64,000 nt of DNA from Phoronis australis. Lineage: Eukaryota > Animalia > Phoronida. Below the pieces are notes generated by a model. The model did not search any database and was not told the DNA's origin. It saw only the letters and a program-made list of their open reading frames with translations. Shown here piece by piece: positions 25,231-57,005 of the stretch. The stretch's first letter is position 1, and each line of letters begins with the position of its first letter. The stretch covers positions 62,001 through 126,000 of the forward strand of contig NMRA01000389.1 in assembly GCA_002633005.1 (NCBI GenBank). The letters run 5' to 3'. The translations under genes were made by a program, and so were the position numbers.

Positions 25231-27105
25231 ATGCAGTACTATCACGAAAGGCTGTAAGTTTCAATTAATGTCTATTTATAAAAGTGATTTTTGCGTTCAC
25301 TGCTTGATAAAAAACGCGCTACTACGTTCCCTGTCAACTACTGGATGTTTTGATTATATCTGGCAATGAATAGTAACTAATCTGATATTGACAATGCATG
25401 ACTTGTGTATACCGTAGAATGAGAATGTTTTCATTTTCCTGTAAAGTATTTAAAGCACTTCACTGCGACATCACACTTACGTGCCCAACTTACGGAAGAT
25501 TTTGGATCTAGTAGACTGGTTTTCAGTAACCGGACCAACACATGNNNNNNNNNGTGGGAGAAAAACGCTTGTTTTCAGAATTTTACGAGGAATTTGTTGA
25601 TGAATCTTTTACATGTTATTGAAAAAGGCGAAAATACAAACGCGCGAGTCATATTTCTTCAGGCAGCCCTTAGCGGCTTCACGGGCAATAAAATGTAATC
25701 GACCGAATAGATTCGTCGACCACAGATTTACCCTGTGGTTTTTCCGCTTGATCCCAGACCGCCCCGAGTTGCTCCAGCATCCATCTCGGGGCGGTCTCTC
25801 ACGAGGGTTTAGCGTTATGATACACGATTATTGCCCGTGGTGATTATATGATGCCGATGGTATGTGTAGATTATGATCGTAGTGGCGGAAAATGAAGATT
25901 GCTTGACACCAGTCATCATAACTGTTATTAAATTGTAGGTCTGGGAGGATAATGAAGCCACCTAGAATATACCCCACAGACAATTACCTGTCGGGTGATG
26001 GAAAAAGCACAGTTTGGCCAACGAGGGGAAGCAACTTCTATGTTCCATCAGAGAGGCGGTTCATTAAGTACCACGATGTCAAACATCTGCCACCAGAAAG
26101 AAGAGCTGACCAAAAAGAGTACATGAGTGAAGATGAGTGGCGGGCGTGGCAGGCTAAGAGGGATGCTCCTCCATACTACCCAAATGGTCTGTTGTTTACA
26201 AAAATACCATTTGACACACTTGTATCATTTGCACTTAAAGTAGTAGTTACACCATACATGACAACCCTCTTTTACTCCGGCCATAGCAGCTGCATTGGTA
26301 ACCCCACCCGGCCCCAGGTCACCAACAGTTTCGCTGATCTGCAATCTACTTTTCAACAAAAAATGCCAAGGAGATTATTTTTCAATAGATTTTCAATTGC
26401 AAAATAGTTTAGATATTACAGAAAACTTAGCATTTTAGACATGACGGCAAGATGGAGTTACCTGGCCCTGTCCAATCAACAGATGAAAAAACTGCAGGTG
26501 TCAAATTTGTCATACCACTTGCCCATTCAGATAGACACGTGAGTGTTTGAACATTGCAGTAAACACCAATGCACAGCCTTGGTTTGTCAGAAATTTTACC
26601 CAAAAAGGCACCCTTTCATAGGGAAACATGAAAAGGTCTGGTATCTGAGTGACATGTACACCAGCCTTCTATGCAACTACCCTCTGGGATCTTTATGCTG
26701 TCTGCTTGGTATAGTATTTGTCCTTCTTTGTAAATTTTCACTTGGTGACTACACTCAGGTATACAATTGATCTGCTTTATCTCATAAGTAAAGACATTTC
26801 CATTGGATAATACCTTCTATAATTTTCCAGGACTGAAGCTGACAAACATGCCACCCCTGCGGCTGGATGGTTACTGCATGAATCCCTTCAACCTCCATCG
26901 TACTGGCGTACAGGCGCGTTCTGTTTATAACCCCAAGCCCGATCTTATTGACCCCACATGGCGCGGACCACATGGTTATTATGGTTACTATCATGAGAGA
27001 CTAGACAGCAGAGACACCAAGGGCATCAGGCTGTACAAGCAGTTATATAATGACGAAGACTGGCTGAAGTGGGAACAGTATAAAACATTAGCGACAAAAA
27101 CGTGA
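25231..27105 (+). CDS. Uncharacterised 181-aa Tyr/Trp/Pro/Arg-rich protein, 3 exons
   Basis: Exons 25231-25253 (ATGCAG...CT/gtaagt), 25939-26186 and 26831-27105 join in phase (2, then 1) into one ORF: MQYYHERLSGRIMKPPRIYPTDNY...SEDEWRAWQAKRDAPPYYPNGLKLTNMPP...WRGPHGYYGYYHERLDSRD...YNDEDWLKWEQYKTLATKT*. Exons are more GC-rich than the flanks; CpG-rich upstream region; AATAAA at ~27888. Confidence 0.8.
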
Positions 27106-28311
27106 ACAACAGTGACATTGTGTTGTGCTTTGTGTTCTGTATCTCTGCCTTCAACTATGTATACTGAATTCTGGTACACATGGCTGTCTTAGGCCCAGTC
27201 AATTATGTGAAATACCAGGCTTGGTATGCTCTTTAATTGTGTTAACATTTTAACCTTTGTGAAAAAACTGTCTTGTCAATGTCCTTAAAACAAATATATG
27301 GTACAAGTGACAGTAAAATTTCACCAAAAACTCTTATGACATTGTCTCAGTTCAGGGAGGACATTTAAATTTAAAAAAATGTTTTTAAGAATTGGAGGAA
27401 ATGAACACAAATTTAATATAGAAAGCCTTTGATGGAGTAAGTCATCAGCTCTGGTTGTGTTTTGTACAAAATTAGTTCTTAGACTATTTCTCCCAGTTCA
27501 ACTTATCATTTTGTACAATGTGTATCACATATGTTACACATCTGCTGCAGTAGTTTCTTTAAGTTTGAACACCATTGCTGAAGTCGACAGTCTAGTGCTT
27601 TTCAACGACTTACTCCACTGCTGCAATTAATGTTCAAAATTTTCATAAAATGTTATTTGTTGATGACCGCTCTATACAACCTGAAATTTCATAAAGTAAG
27701 TTTTTGTCATATCTTGTTTTAAATTGAGAAATGTTAACTACAAGTTCATAACCTATATTTATCTTTAGTCATTCGACATGTGAAGTTGAGCTCCCAACAA
27801 TATCCATCATTGTACAGGGAAGTACAAATCTGGTGTTATGGCTATTTTTCTTTCCAAATAAACTACTCGCTTCTGTAATTAATGTTTAATAAAGGTGTTA
27901 AACTGAAAAAAGGCATCATTCATATAAAGCAGATATAAACCTGCATTCTGTACAAAAAACAATCTTTTGATTACCAGCTAGGACCAGTTACTGCTGTAGA
28001 ATTGGTCTCAACTTTTTTCTTACCCAGATGAGAAGTCATTTCTGGATTTACAAAAAGATTGACAGTTCAGCGCATAAAATAAACTGCTCTTTGTTGAGCC
28101 TCGGTCTCAAGCAATAATGAGGTGTCACTTCTTTCAAAGTCCTGTAATCACCTCTAAATTGACTAAGAAACAATTTGAAACCAATTTAATAACAATTTAA
28201 CGGTCGAAATCAAAATTAGTTTTTGACATAAAAGGTTGATTCCTAGCTGCTTTAACGAAGAAAACCTGGAAACCGTCACCCTCAATGTTACTCAAGCTCA
28301 ACAGCATTTAA

Positions 28312-28753
28312 AGGTATGGGACCAAGGTTAAACATCCTTAAATTATGTTTTTAGAAGTCACGTGCACGACAGACACTCCACCTCAGACCAACACAACAGC
28401 TCACCAGTAATGCATTCTATAAACAAACAACCAAGCGCATTTACTCCAACAGGCATCATATACTTCCATTAGATGATGCATGTCTATGGCAGCTGTCCCA
28501 AGAGCTGCTACAGTCCCGATATTTCCCTTTTTGAATAACCTAAAGACGGTTAGCTAAAGAAAGGCACATCATTACTCGTGTGTGGGATTGTCTTCAGCTT
28601 AGTCAGTGTCTGATGTCGGCCGCTTCCCTGATATTAGTGTAGGGATGTGACAATAAGAACTGAGAGTTGGTGCATGGCACATGCTTTTGATCCCATTACA
28701 AGTTTTATGAATGTAAGCATATAAAAACCAAGGACAAGTCCGGATCTATGCCT
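28312..28753. mobile_element. Kolobok-like non-autonomous DNA element (TTAA TSD, AGG termini)
   Basis: ttaa|aggtatgggacc ... ggatctatgcct|ttaa: short imperfect TIRs with TTAA on both sides. Confidence 0.55.
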
Positions 28754-30568
28754 TTAAAGTAACTAGTACAGTAAGACAAACAACAAATACCAGTGACTAT
28801 TGTGTTTCAGATTTACTTCACATTTACACACAATAACAATGTGCCAATAATTATCAGCGTATAAATAAAACACGGTTAATCTTAGGAACCAAACAACAAC
28901 AATCCCTTGTATTAAATATTCTACTCAAACATAAAGATGTGAACTGAAACCCTGTGTCATTTAACATGCGTGAATATTGTTCAACGGTTCGATTCTGACA
29001 TTAACACAGTTAATCTTTGAACACAACAACAATAAACTAATTACAAAAAATATTCTACTAAAGTAAACTGAAATCTTGCATAAATTATAAAACTACACAT
29101 GGATGACATCATTCATCAGTTTGGATCTGACATTAAAAGTTAGGTCAAGCTCGAGGACGGTTCACAGTTATAGCCATTTTCACACGTGCACAAAATATAG
29201 CTACATATACGCTTTTTTCCTCCCCCGAAAATGTACAAAAATTTGGAACTTTTTTAGATCTGTATTTACATTACGTGTTAAAATACAAGTATGCTATGTA
29301 CCCAGGCTCTTCAGGCAAAACATGAACCAAGTTTAGGTCAAGATAGACGACAGTTTTTCAAAGCAGGAAAAGTAAGAAACAACTGGTCTAGTGATCCATT
29401 GTAATTGAATCTCGTAGATATTTCAACAGTCATGTTTTAGCAATGCGAACAATCAATAATAAAACTTTCAGTTTTGTCTTTTGACACTGCCATTTTTACG
29501 ACATCAAAAGCGTACACTAACAGTACGTCTGTACCCCTCCCCCTTAACTGAACGGTCCATTCACTCATGAAAATGGCGATAACTATGAACGGTGCCGTAG
29601 TAATGTTAGAACAATAATACACTGTAAGCCTATTCTTCTGCAACTTTACAAAGAGATGTAGTCACAAAATTTCCTTTGTTTCATGGGCTACAGGCGTAAA
29701 TGGACAAAATGTTTGATCAAAACTTCTTGATATTAAATTAATTATGCCGACATTAAAGCTGTATGTGATTTGATTGTGACTTTCAAGACTACACAAATAC
29801 CTTGTTAGTGTTTCTCTGTTTAGATGTATACCTTAAACCTGAGGTTTTAACAGAACAACTATGTATAATGCTTACTTGAGATACTTAACAACACCTTCAG
29901 TATACTCCTATATGTTGATTATACCACACATCAGGTTAGCCTAATACAACAACTGCAAATTGCAAATTAAAAATACTGCAAAAACAAAAAACAAAACAAA
30001 AGTAGATCTAATATCAATAACAAAGCACAGCAAAAGATAATCTCAGTGCAATTCTCATAATAGCCATGGATGACGACCGTAACACATGGTACACTCAAAA
30101 GGGTGCAGCACCTGCCAGTATTCCACTGCTACACAGGGAAACTTACATTTAGGATTCACAGTACTGCTGCATATGGACTCATTTAGACCTATGTGCCAGT
30201 ATCCAAACTAATGCAATTTAAAAATAATTTTTTACTCTAGTGTTTCATACACAGGTGCAGCCAGCTATCCCATGCATTTCATAAACTGGGCAACACATAG
30301 GCTGAAATACGCGCATATACCTTACCCACTGACTTTGGCAAGAAATGCATGGCTTGATGAAAAGAAAAAAATGAGTTAAGTGTTTAATGAAACGAAGGTG
30401 ATCACCATATTATCTTTTAATGGCCATCATTTACTAGTCTACCATAAGCTAATCAGGTTTATGGCCCACTCTGGAAAGTTCATAATTATGTAGGACCAAC
30501 GTTATCATGTGTAACCGTGCCAAACTAATAGAAAACTAGCCTCAAGAAAACACAACCGTGAATGTGTT

Positions 30569-49613
<19,045 letters not shown>

Positions 49614-50498
49614 GGTATTGTGTCCTACAACGAAACATAGAGGCATACATGATCTGAAAATGAAAAAGCTCAAACCGTGAAGAATAACCTCAATATGCTT
49701 TTAAGGCAACAGCTGCCTTCGTTACGAATTATCAAATTTCTAAGTAACTTTTTAATTAATTATGGTAAATCCAAGATGCAACTTGGTACTCGGAATTTTA
49801 TGTGAACAAAAATAATAACAAGATGTCTGTTACCACAAAATTGCATTTTTCAAAAAAAACCCATAAATTTCTATGGAGATTACCATATTCCACAAATATG
49901 GCACTTCCACTTTCAACAATGAAAATGTCAACATTCCCTGAAAAAATACTAGTCTTGATTTTTGACAACCCAGTTCAAGGGTTAAAAAATCTCATTAAAA
50001 ATACCACACAACCTTGTGTAGATAAGAGATTAAAAGCATGATTTGAAAGTTCTGGGAAAAAAATCACGTTGATGGATATTGAGGTGACATCCATGAAATA
50101 CGATTTGTTGAAAAAAAAAACAATCAGACATGCCCTCACGAACACTAAGAATTTTCAAAACATGTGGTTTCATTGATTTACAGTTAACAATTAAAACTAT
50201 TCAAGAAATTTTAACAATGGTGAGAAAAGCAGTCGGCTATCTTGATGTTAGCAAAGACAACATCAGCATTTGAAGTAAACTTGTTCAACTGTGACACAAA
50301 TGACCATCAAGTGTGGCAATAAAATATGAGGTCTGGCGCAGTTTAATCTTCACTTCAACCGATACTAAAAGCTTTAAGTGTGATGAGAGACCTGTTTGAG
50401 TTAAATCACTTTATTAAATTCACCTTGTTATGTACACAAGTCCCCTCAATCAAAACGCACCAGGTAATGACTGCCTTAATCTAACACTACATTCATTA

Positions 50499-50939
50499 GC
50501 CCCGTTTAGACATCAACTTTTGGCCCGCGTAACTGACACGGAGCAAATTGATGGTGTCAAGCATCCGTTTACATACGGTACACCTCGCTAACTGTGGTAA
50601 GAAGGAAATTGTATGCTGAGAGTGGATCACACATGTGCAGGTTTACAAATGACGGGAGTTGAAGAGACAGAGAGCCCGCATTTAGATCATTATACAAGGA
50701 CACAAGGACAGTAAAGTTGATCATTTCCGCCTTGCTCCAGTTTCGTGTTTAGACACATAATTGACACGGAGCAATTAAGATGTTCTAGTGCAAATTGCTC
50801 AACCTCACAAACAGGTGGCAAAAGTTGTCACCGCGGTGTCAATTTGCTCCGTGTCAGTCCTGTTTACACACATACTTGCGCTGGAACAACTCATTCCGTG
50901 TCAGCTGATCCGTGTCAACTTTTGCAGTGTAAACGGCAC
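50499..50939. mobile_element. Harbinger-like palindromic MITE
   Basis: tta|gccccgtttagaca ... tgtaaacggcac|taa; internal inverted ctgacacggagcaaattga / tcaatttgctccgtgtcag. A diverged relative lies at ~57340-57720. Confidence 0.65.
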
Positions 50940-51551
50940 TAATGCTGTGAAACCTTCACTGTCTCACTCATTAACTTGGTAATGCTATAGTTGGCTCATA
51001 ATTGACTCGTTAGCGAATTCATGTCAGAATATTTATAGCCTGTTATAATGAACATGCATTCTGGGAACTACACCAATTAAACCACACAGAACTTTCTGAA
51101 GTACCCAATCATCCTAAAAATACACACTAGTCTTCTAGAATATCTAGACCACAGGTTGATAGACATTACAATATGCTGGAATCTTCTCTGGGGTGTTCTC
51201 AACTGTTCTGTTGTAAGCAATTACATAATCACTGACCTGACATCACTCAAGTTGGGTTTAATCAAGTGCTAATTGCTAGTAAGCATGCAGAATTAATCTT
51301 AAACTTCTGAAACCAGGGTCAGTCATTGCTCTTTACACTGAATATTGCAAACTTTCCAGTTGTGTTGGATTTCTAAGTTTTTAGGCAAGGGAAAATCGAT
51401 CCACGCTGTGCATGCTATAATCAAAGTGCACGGAAAGCCTGGTAAAAAGTAAGGATTATAAAATCTACTACAATGCACCCTCTACTGGTGATTTAATAAT
51501 CTATTAAGATGTCGTGAGTAGTATGGAGCTAGTCACAACATAAAATTCAAT

Positions 51552-54257
51552 GGGACTATTCGGAGAATTCTCCTCGCGGTGTCGCTGCTGTTCTAGTGGT
51601 GATTGAATTGCGCATGCGTCGCTGTCTGCATGTAAACAGCTGCTAAAAAGACGGATTGTTATCAAAATGCGTCGTCCCGCAAAGCCTTATTATTGCTATT
51701 TTCCCTGGTGCAAGTCTTCGACAGGTGGTCACAAATTACCAAAAGACCTAAGGTTACTGCATTCGTGGAGCATTGCGGTCAAAAGGGTCAACCAACTGAC
51801 AAAAAGTGTGCGGATGCCGAAGCCCCTTTGGGAGACTACATAACGTTACTTGATAAGTTTTAGCAATCAAGTTTCTATCGACATCGTTCAGTGATGTTAT
51901 CCCCACTAGTTACCTCCACTGAATAACGGGTTTATTGAGTGGAACTAAGCGTTTCTTTTCAGAAACTCACCCAGGACTCGGATGCTGGGTAGGCTAGCAG
52001 CACATATTCAATATAAGAGGTGTATGGTACGTGACGCTCAGAAGCCAAGGGTGACTTTTTCACAGCAGTTTCTCTTCAAACCTATGCTATGTCCAATAAA
52101 ATTTTCTAGACGAGTGAGTTTCCTTATTTTATAGCAGACCCCACCCCCAGGACTACCAGATTAGTTATTGAATTAACATGAATAAGTTATTCAGTAAACG
52201 TCATAACATTGCAATGGAATACAAATTGACACCTAGAATGAATTTTACTTGTTGAGGTCGAATGCACATTTTAGGTGTCGTAAAAAATACACATTATTAA
52301 ATCACTTTTAGCCTGCTTCTACATTTAAACACAAAGATGAAACGTCAAGTATGTTCTGCCTTACTAATGTAGTTTTGTCTTGTGTTTTCTTTTATAATTT
52401 GCTAATATTTCTCTGACTATTCTGTTACAGGTGAGAGAAAGCAACTGAAACCAGCCGCCTGACCATCTACTTTACCACTGGACAAAGTGAAAAGCAATCC
52501 TTCAGCAATAAACTGAAAGAACTGAACCTAATTCAGAAATTCAGCCCTTGATATGCCTGATTATGGACTCCATTGCGTGGGAAAATTACAATTCTTTTAA
52601 CAATGTTGCTTCTTTATATACTTTTCTTGCATGTGGAACTTTTGTTGTGGACAAGTTAACAAAAAGCTTAAAACTGTTCAAAGGCCTTCTTAAGAAAGCT
52701 CTACAAATAATTACACTCTCAAACAAATGAAATGCAAACAAAGAGAATACTTCATTTTGATCACTGCACATTTCTAGAGGTCAACAGGAAAACGACAATT
52801 CGCAAGCGTAATCGCTAACATTTCAGCTTTATAAAGAATAATCACAACTGCACTGTATGGGGCTTTAAAGATATTGTGGTTTCAATAATTAGTAACAAAT
52901 TTGCCTGTTGATGAAAATTTTATTCGATCATCAAAGTGTAACATTAAGTGGCTTTCTACTGACAATAAGACAATCGATGCAGTCACTGAATGTCATTTCC
53001 CCATAATGTGTACCAAATTGAAATGTTTTTACCATTAGTATAAAGCCTTTCTTCTGAAAGGAAAAGTTAATGTCACTCAGTGAGAAAGGATAGGTATTTA
53101 TACATGATGCTTTTGGTTTTCATTTCACAGAGATTTAGTTTCAATAGCCTATAGAAGCGCTTGCAAAAAAGGTCCAGTTTCGGCACGTGTCTTTCTTCCA
53201 GGTAACCTCATTCAGCCTCAATTAGATCCTTGAAGGTAAACACAACAGCAGATCACTTGATCACTTGTGTCACTACATCCTCTTTAGTTTCAATCCAGCA
53301 TGTTTCTTCCACGAAAGGAAATAAGCTATTGTCCACACGACTTATTGGCTATGAAAGGGCATCCTCACCAATGAGGCTGACTTGTGTAGCAGTGGTAACT
53401 TCGTACTGCGATTCACATTTCACCAAGGCCACTGACATGTACATTGTGCCATGCAGCACTAATGGTGCGTGGAAATGCTGTGGGAAGAGAAAGGAATATC
53501 AAAGCTTGTTCGTTGTCTCCGATGAAGAAAGCAGGCTTTAACAACAGATCTGCACTGGATGGGAAGATCTTGCTGGTTAACTGCAGTCAACTGCTTAAAA
53601 CCAATTTTTGTCCATTCAAGGTCGATGCAGAAGCGATGCATATCTCCTCTGCACGGTACAAGCCCTCAAACCTAAAAACCAATTTAAAGGTCACGCGAAA
53701 ACAGACATGATAGATTTTCATTTCAACATGTAATAAAATTCCGGAACACATAGGATAGGGAGTAAACAAATAGTCTTATGGATATTTACGTACCCTTTGC
53801 CATGGCATTGGGCTTGGATTGTAATCTCACTAACCAATAACCAGTTAAACATTCAGCATTCATTGATGTAACTGTACTGATAAACCTGTCAGAAATCATT
53901 CCAAACAATAATACTGCTTTGATGTACGAAAAGATCCTGAGTGCTACGTCAAGTATCAAACAAAGATTAACCCGACTGGTGACTGCCGCGAAATTGACAT
54001 CGGCGAGTATCTCAGTTAACAGACATAAATAGAACAAATATGGAGTAATCGTTAAAATAATCACAAACCTTACCTTTTATAAGTTCGTGCTTACTTTCTC
54101 TGATAGACGCACCCTTTTCACGCAATCTCAGATTCAGTTGGCACGCCTACAAGCCATTTCACCATGTATTTAAAGGGTTCGCGCAATCGAGACTGTTAAT
54201 CTATCACCACTAGTACACGCGCGCCCTCTAGTTAATGTAAATTTTCCAAATAGCCCC
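51552..54257. mobile_element. Decayed ISL2EU-type (PIF/Harbinger superfamily) DNA transposon with THAP (+) and SAP/SWIM (-) coding remnants
   Basis: TIRs GGGACTATTCGGAGAATT and, reverse-complemented, GGGGCTATTTGGAAAATT, with AT on both flanks. Plus-strand 51667-51843 reads MRRPAKPYYCYFPWCKSSTGGHKLPKDLRLLHSWSIAVKR (THAP N-half); from 52431 GERKQLKPAA*PS (THAP AVP box). Minus-strand 54074-54140 reads QLNLRLREKGASIRESKHELIK (SAP-like) and ~53407-53450 AQCTC..GLGEM (SWIM-like, frameshifted). Confidence 0.75.
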
Positions 54258-54299
54258 ATTATTCTAAAAGTGCTATCATTTGCTTTGAAGTTACCCATC

Positions 54300-54800
54300 A
54301 TAATTTACTGTCTATTCTATTACTGGTTCACTTATTAAGGAATTTAGCCAGGTTAAGTACATTGGTCATATTCTGACAAATGATCACAGTGATGACGCTG
54401 ATACAATTTGCCAACATACGCAGTTATATACTTGTATTAAGAGTGTTATTAGAAAATTTCACTAGTTCAGTTGATATACACTTACAATCTTCTCCACATT
54501 TTGTTCATCTATGTACTCTGCCCATTTTTGGTGGAAATTTAAAATCTCAACAATCAATAAGTTCTATGTATCTTACCACCATGTATGCCATTTCTTGGTT
54601 TCTCAAAATTTGAGAGCACCTCTTCAATGTTCCGCTTTTTGACTTTTAATCACACAAAGCTACATTACGAAAACATATTTTTCATTTCCTATGTCGCCTT
54701 TTGGATTTCGAGAATCTCGTTATTGTTGCTATTCATGACTCTGAATTTCAAATCATACATTTGTTTGTACTGGTCGAGTTCATTGTACAATATATTCATG
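54300..54800 (+). mobile_element. Short decayed LINE (L2/CR1-group) 3' fragment
   Basis: About 54352-54405 reads VKYIGHILTNDHSDDAD, resembling the KYLG thumb region of non-LTR RTs. The rest is heavily degraded. Confidence 0.45.
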
Positions 54801-54969
54801 TAAACTAGAGTTTAGTTGTTCTCAGTTATTTTGCTTTTTTAGACTATCCTACATTTTAGCTGCTAGGTTATATTCTTTTGATTATGATATTTCATTATTG
54901 CATTTTGGATATCGGCAATTGTAAGTTTTACAGACAGTTTAGAATAAAGCATACTAGTATTCTTTTTTA

Positions 54970-56480
54970 CATTTTGAGAAGGGTGATAGTGTCAGGTCCA
55001 TCTTTCTAGATATAGCTTCTGCTTTCGACTGTGTCCCTCATGATCTTCTACTCCACAAACTTTGATCCTATGACATTATTGGAAACCTTATAAATATGAT
55101 CACCTCATATCTCTCTGATCGTACATACAGTGTTTGTGTCGACGGTATTCTTTCAACATCATCTGGGTTTGTAAACGCAGGAGTTTCGCAGGGTAGCATA
55201 TTAGGTCCTCTTCTCTTCTTATTTTATATTAATAACCTTCCTGATAACCTGTCATGTAGCACATACCTTTATGCAGATGACACAGCGCTTTTTTACCCCT
55301 TTGCAGGGAGCAGCCCTGAGAGTTTTTTGCAGCTACAACATGAGTTGAATAAACTCAGCTATTGGTCACAAGAATGGAGAATGAATTTTAACGAAAAAAG
55401 GGTTGACCTCAGCTTCTCCAAATCTATTAATTCTCTCTTCTCTGTGGACCCATCCTATGACCTATAACTTAGTGATCAAATCATTCCTAGAAAAGTCGCA
55501 CAGATATCTTGGTATACTGTTAGATGAAAAACTTTCGTTCACATCTCACATTTGGGAGCTCGTACAAAAAATTCAGAAACTAACTAATCCACTTGAGCTT
55601 GTCTGTCAACAACTAAATTCTACACATTTAGAAGTCCTATTCAAATCCTTAAACACATCAACCATTATGATATTATACACCAGTCTGCCAACACTGGTGC
55701 ACTCCAGCATTTGGAGAAATTACATTATCAAGCTCTCTTACTCATAACTGGAGCATACAGGGGATCCAATAATTTTAAGGTTTTGAATAGTCTCAAGTGG
55801 ACCAAACTGTATACTCGACACAATCTTCACATAACCATACATACTTTCAAAGTACTAAACAATGTCAACAATGCCTCAGTCAAAAAATTATTTGATATAC
55901 TAGACAAGGCCATCCTACTGGTTTGAGATCTTCCGTCCCGTATGCAATTCCTCCGTCGTTCAGTCAGGGATTCAGAAGGTCTACAGGAAAGCAACTCTTG
56001 TACGAGTGTAAAAACAATTTTGGAACTGTTTTTCATAATTTTGACAACTCAATAGCCCCAACACAATTCTTTTTTCCCGCCAAAAATGAAATAGCATTGT
56101 ACCAATCGAGATGCGGCCTTTTCCCTCAAATCCGACAAGTTTAGGCACAACTTTAGTAATGTCTCTCCAAACTGTAAATGTGGTGACCACATCAGTCTTA
56201 TCCTCATGTCTTCTTCAAATGTGCCCTCATCAAATACCCGTGAAACTCACTCTTTCATGCACTCAATGAAAACGAATTAATTGTAAATGCTTTCCATTTC
56301 TGTAAAAATATCGCTACTAAACTTAGATTATTATTAAATGGTAGTTCAAACTTTTTTGGATACTTCTTACGTGCATATATATAGTTCTATGCATACTACT
56401 TTCATCTATGTACTGTCTACAACCCAGATATAATGCTTTGCGATTTCTGGGATTGTCATTATTTTCCTTGTATGTTTTGT
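54970..56480 (+). mobile_element. Degenerate CR1/L2-group LINE reverse transcriptase region
   Basis: FLDIASAFDCVPHDLLLHKL*SY, GVSQGSILGPLLFLFYINNLP, YADDT, W...W.M.FN and HRYLGILLDEKLSF, with in-frame stops and frameshifts. Confidence 0.9.
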
Positions 56481-56609
56481 GTATTCTTCAGTAAATGTAT
56501 ATCACCTTGAAAAAAGTATCCTATTCTAAAAATTACTGTTTTCCTCGCAAAAGTAACGGTGTAAGTACACTATTCTGTACAATTTTTCAACAATTATGTG
56601 CATCGACAT

Positions 56610-57005
56610 TGAGCACCATGAAATAAGGTGTCATCTGTTGGGCAATTTTTGTTTTCGCTGATTCTTCAATCAACTGGTCATTTTTCACACATTTTCACTG
56701 GGGTCATAACAAATTACCAGAGTTGGAGGCAATTGCATACCAGTTTCGCTGATAAAATATACTCGAAACTACAAATGAAAAGTAACCATTTCAGCAATTT
56801 GTTCTAAACTGTAAACAAATTACCAGAATTGAAGGCAATTGCTTGCCAGTTTCGCTGATAAAAAAATACTCGAAACTACAAATGAAATGTAACCACTTCC
56901 ACAATTTGTTGTAAACTGTGTGCAAACTTCTGAAAAAAGAACAGCGAAATGAAGAATCGTCAAAACTAAAAATTGGCCATAGGTGGCACTCTGTTTCATG
57001 GAAAT
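56610..57005. repeat. Palindromic interspersed repeat, homologous to 15400-15545 and 16575-16630
   Basis: Shared gaagaatcgtc...aaa(c/t)tggcca(a)taggtg...tttcatgg block. The left arm (56615-56670) is the inverse of the right arm (56945-57001). Confidence 0.6.
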
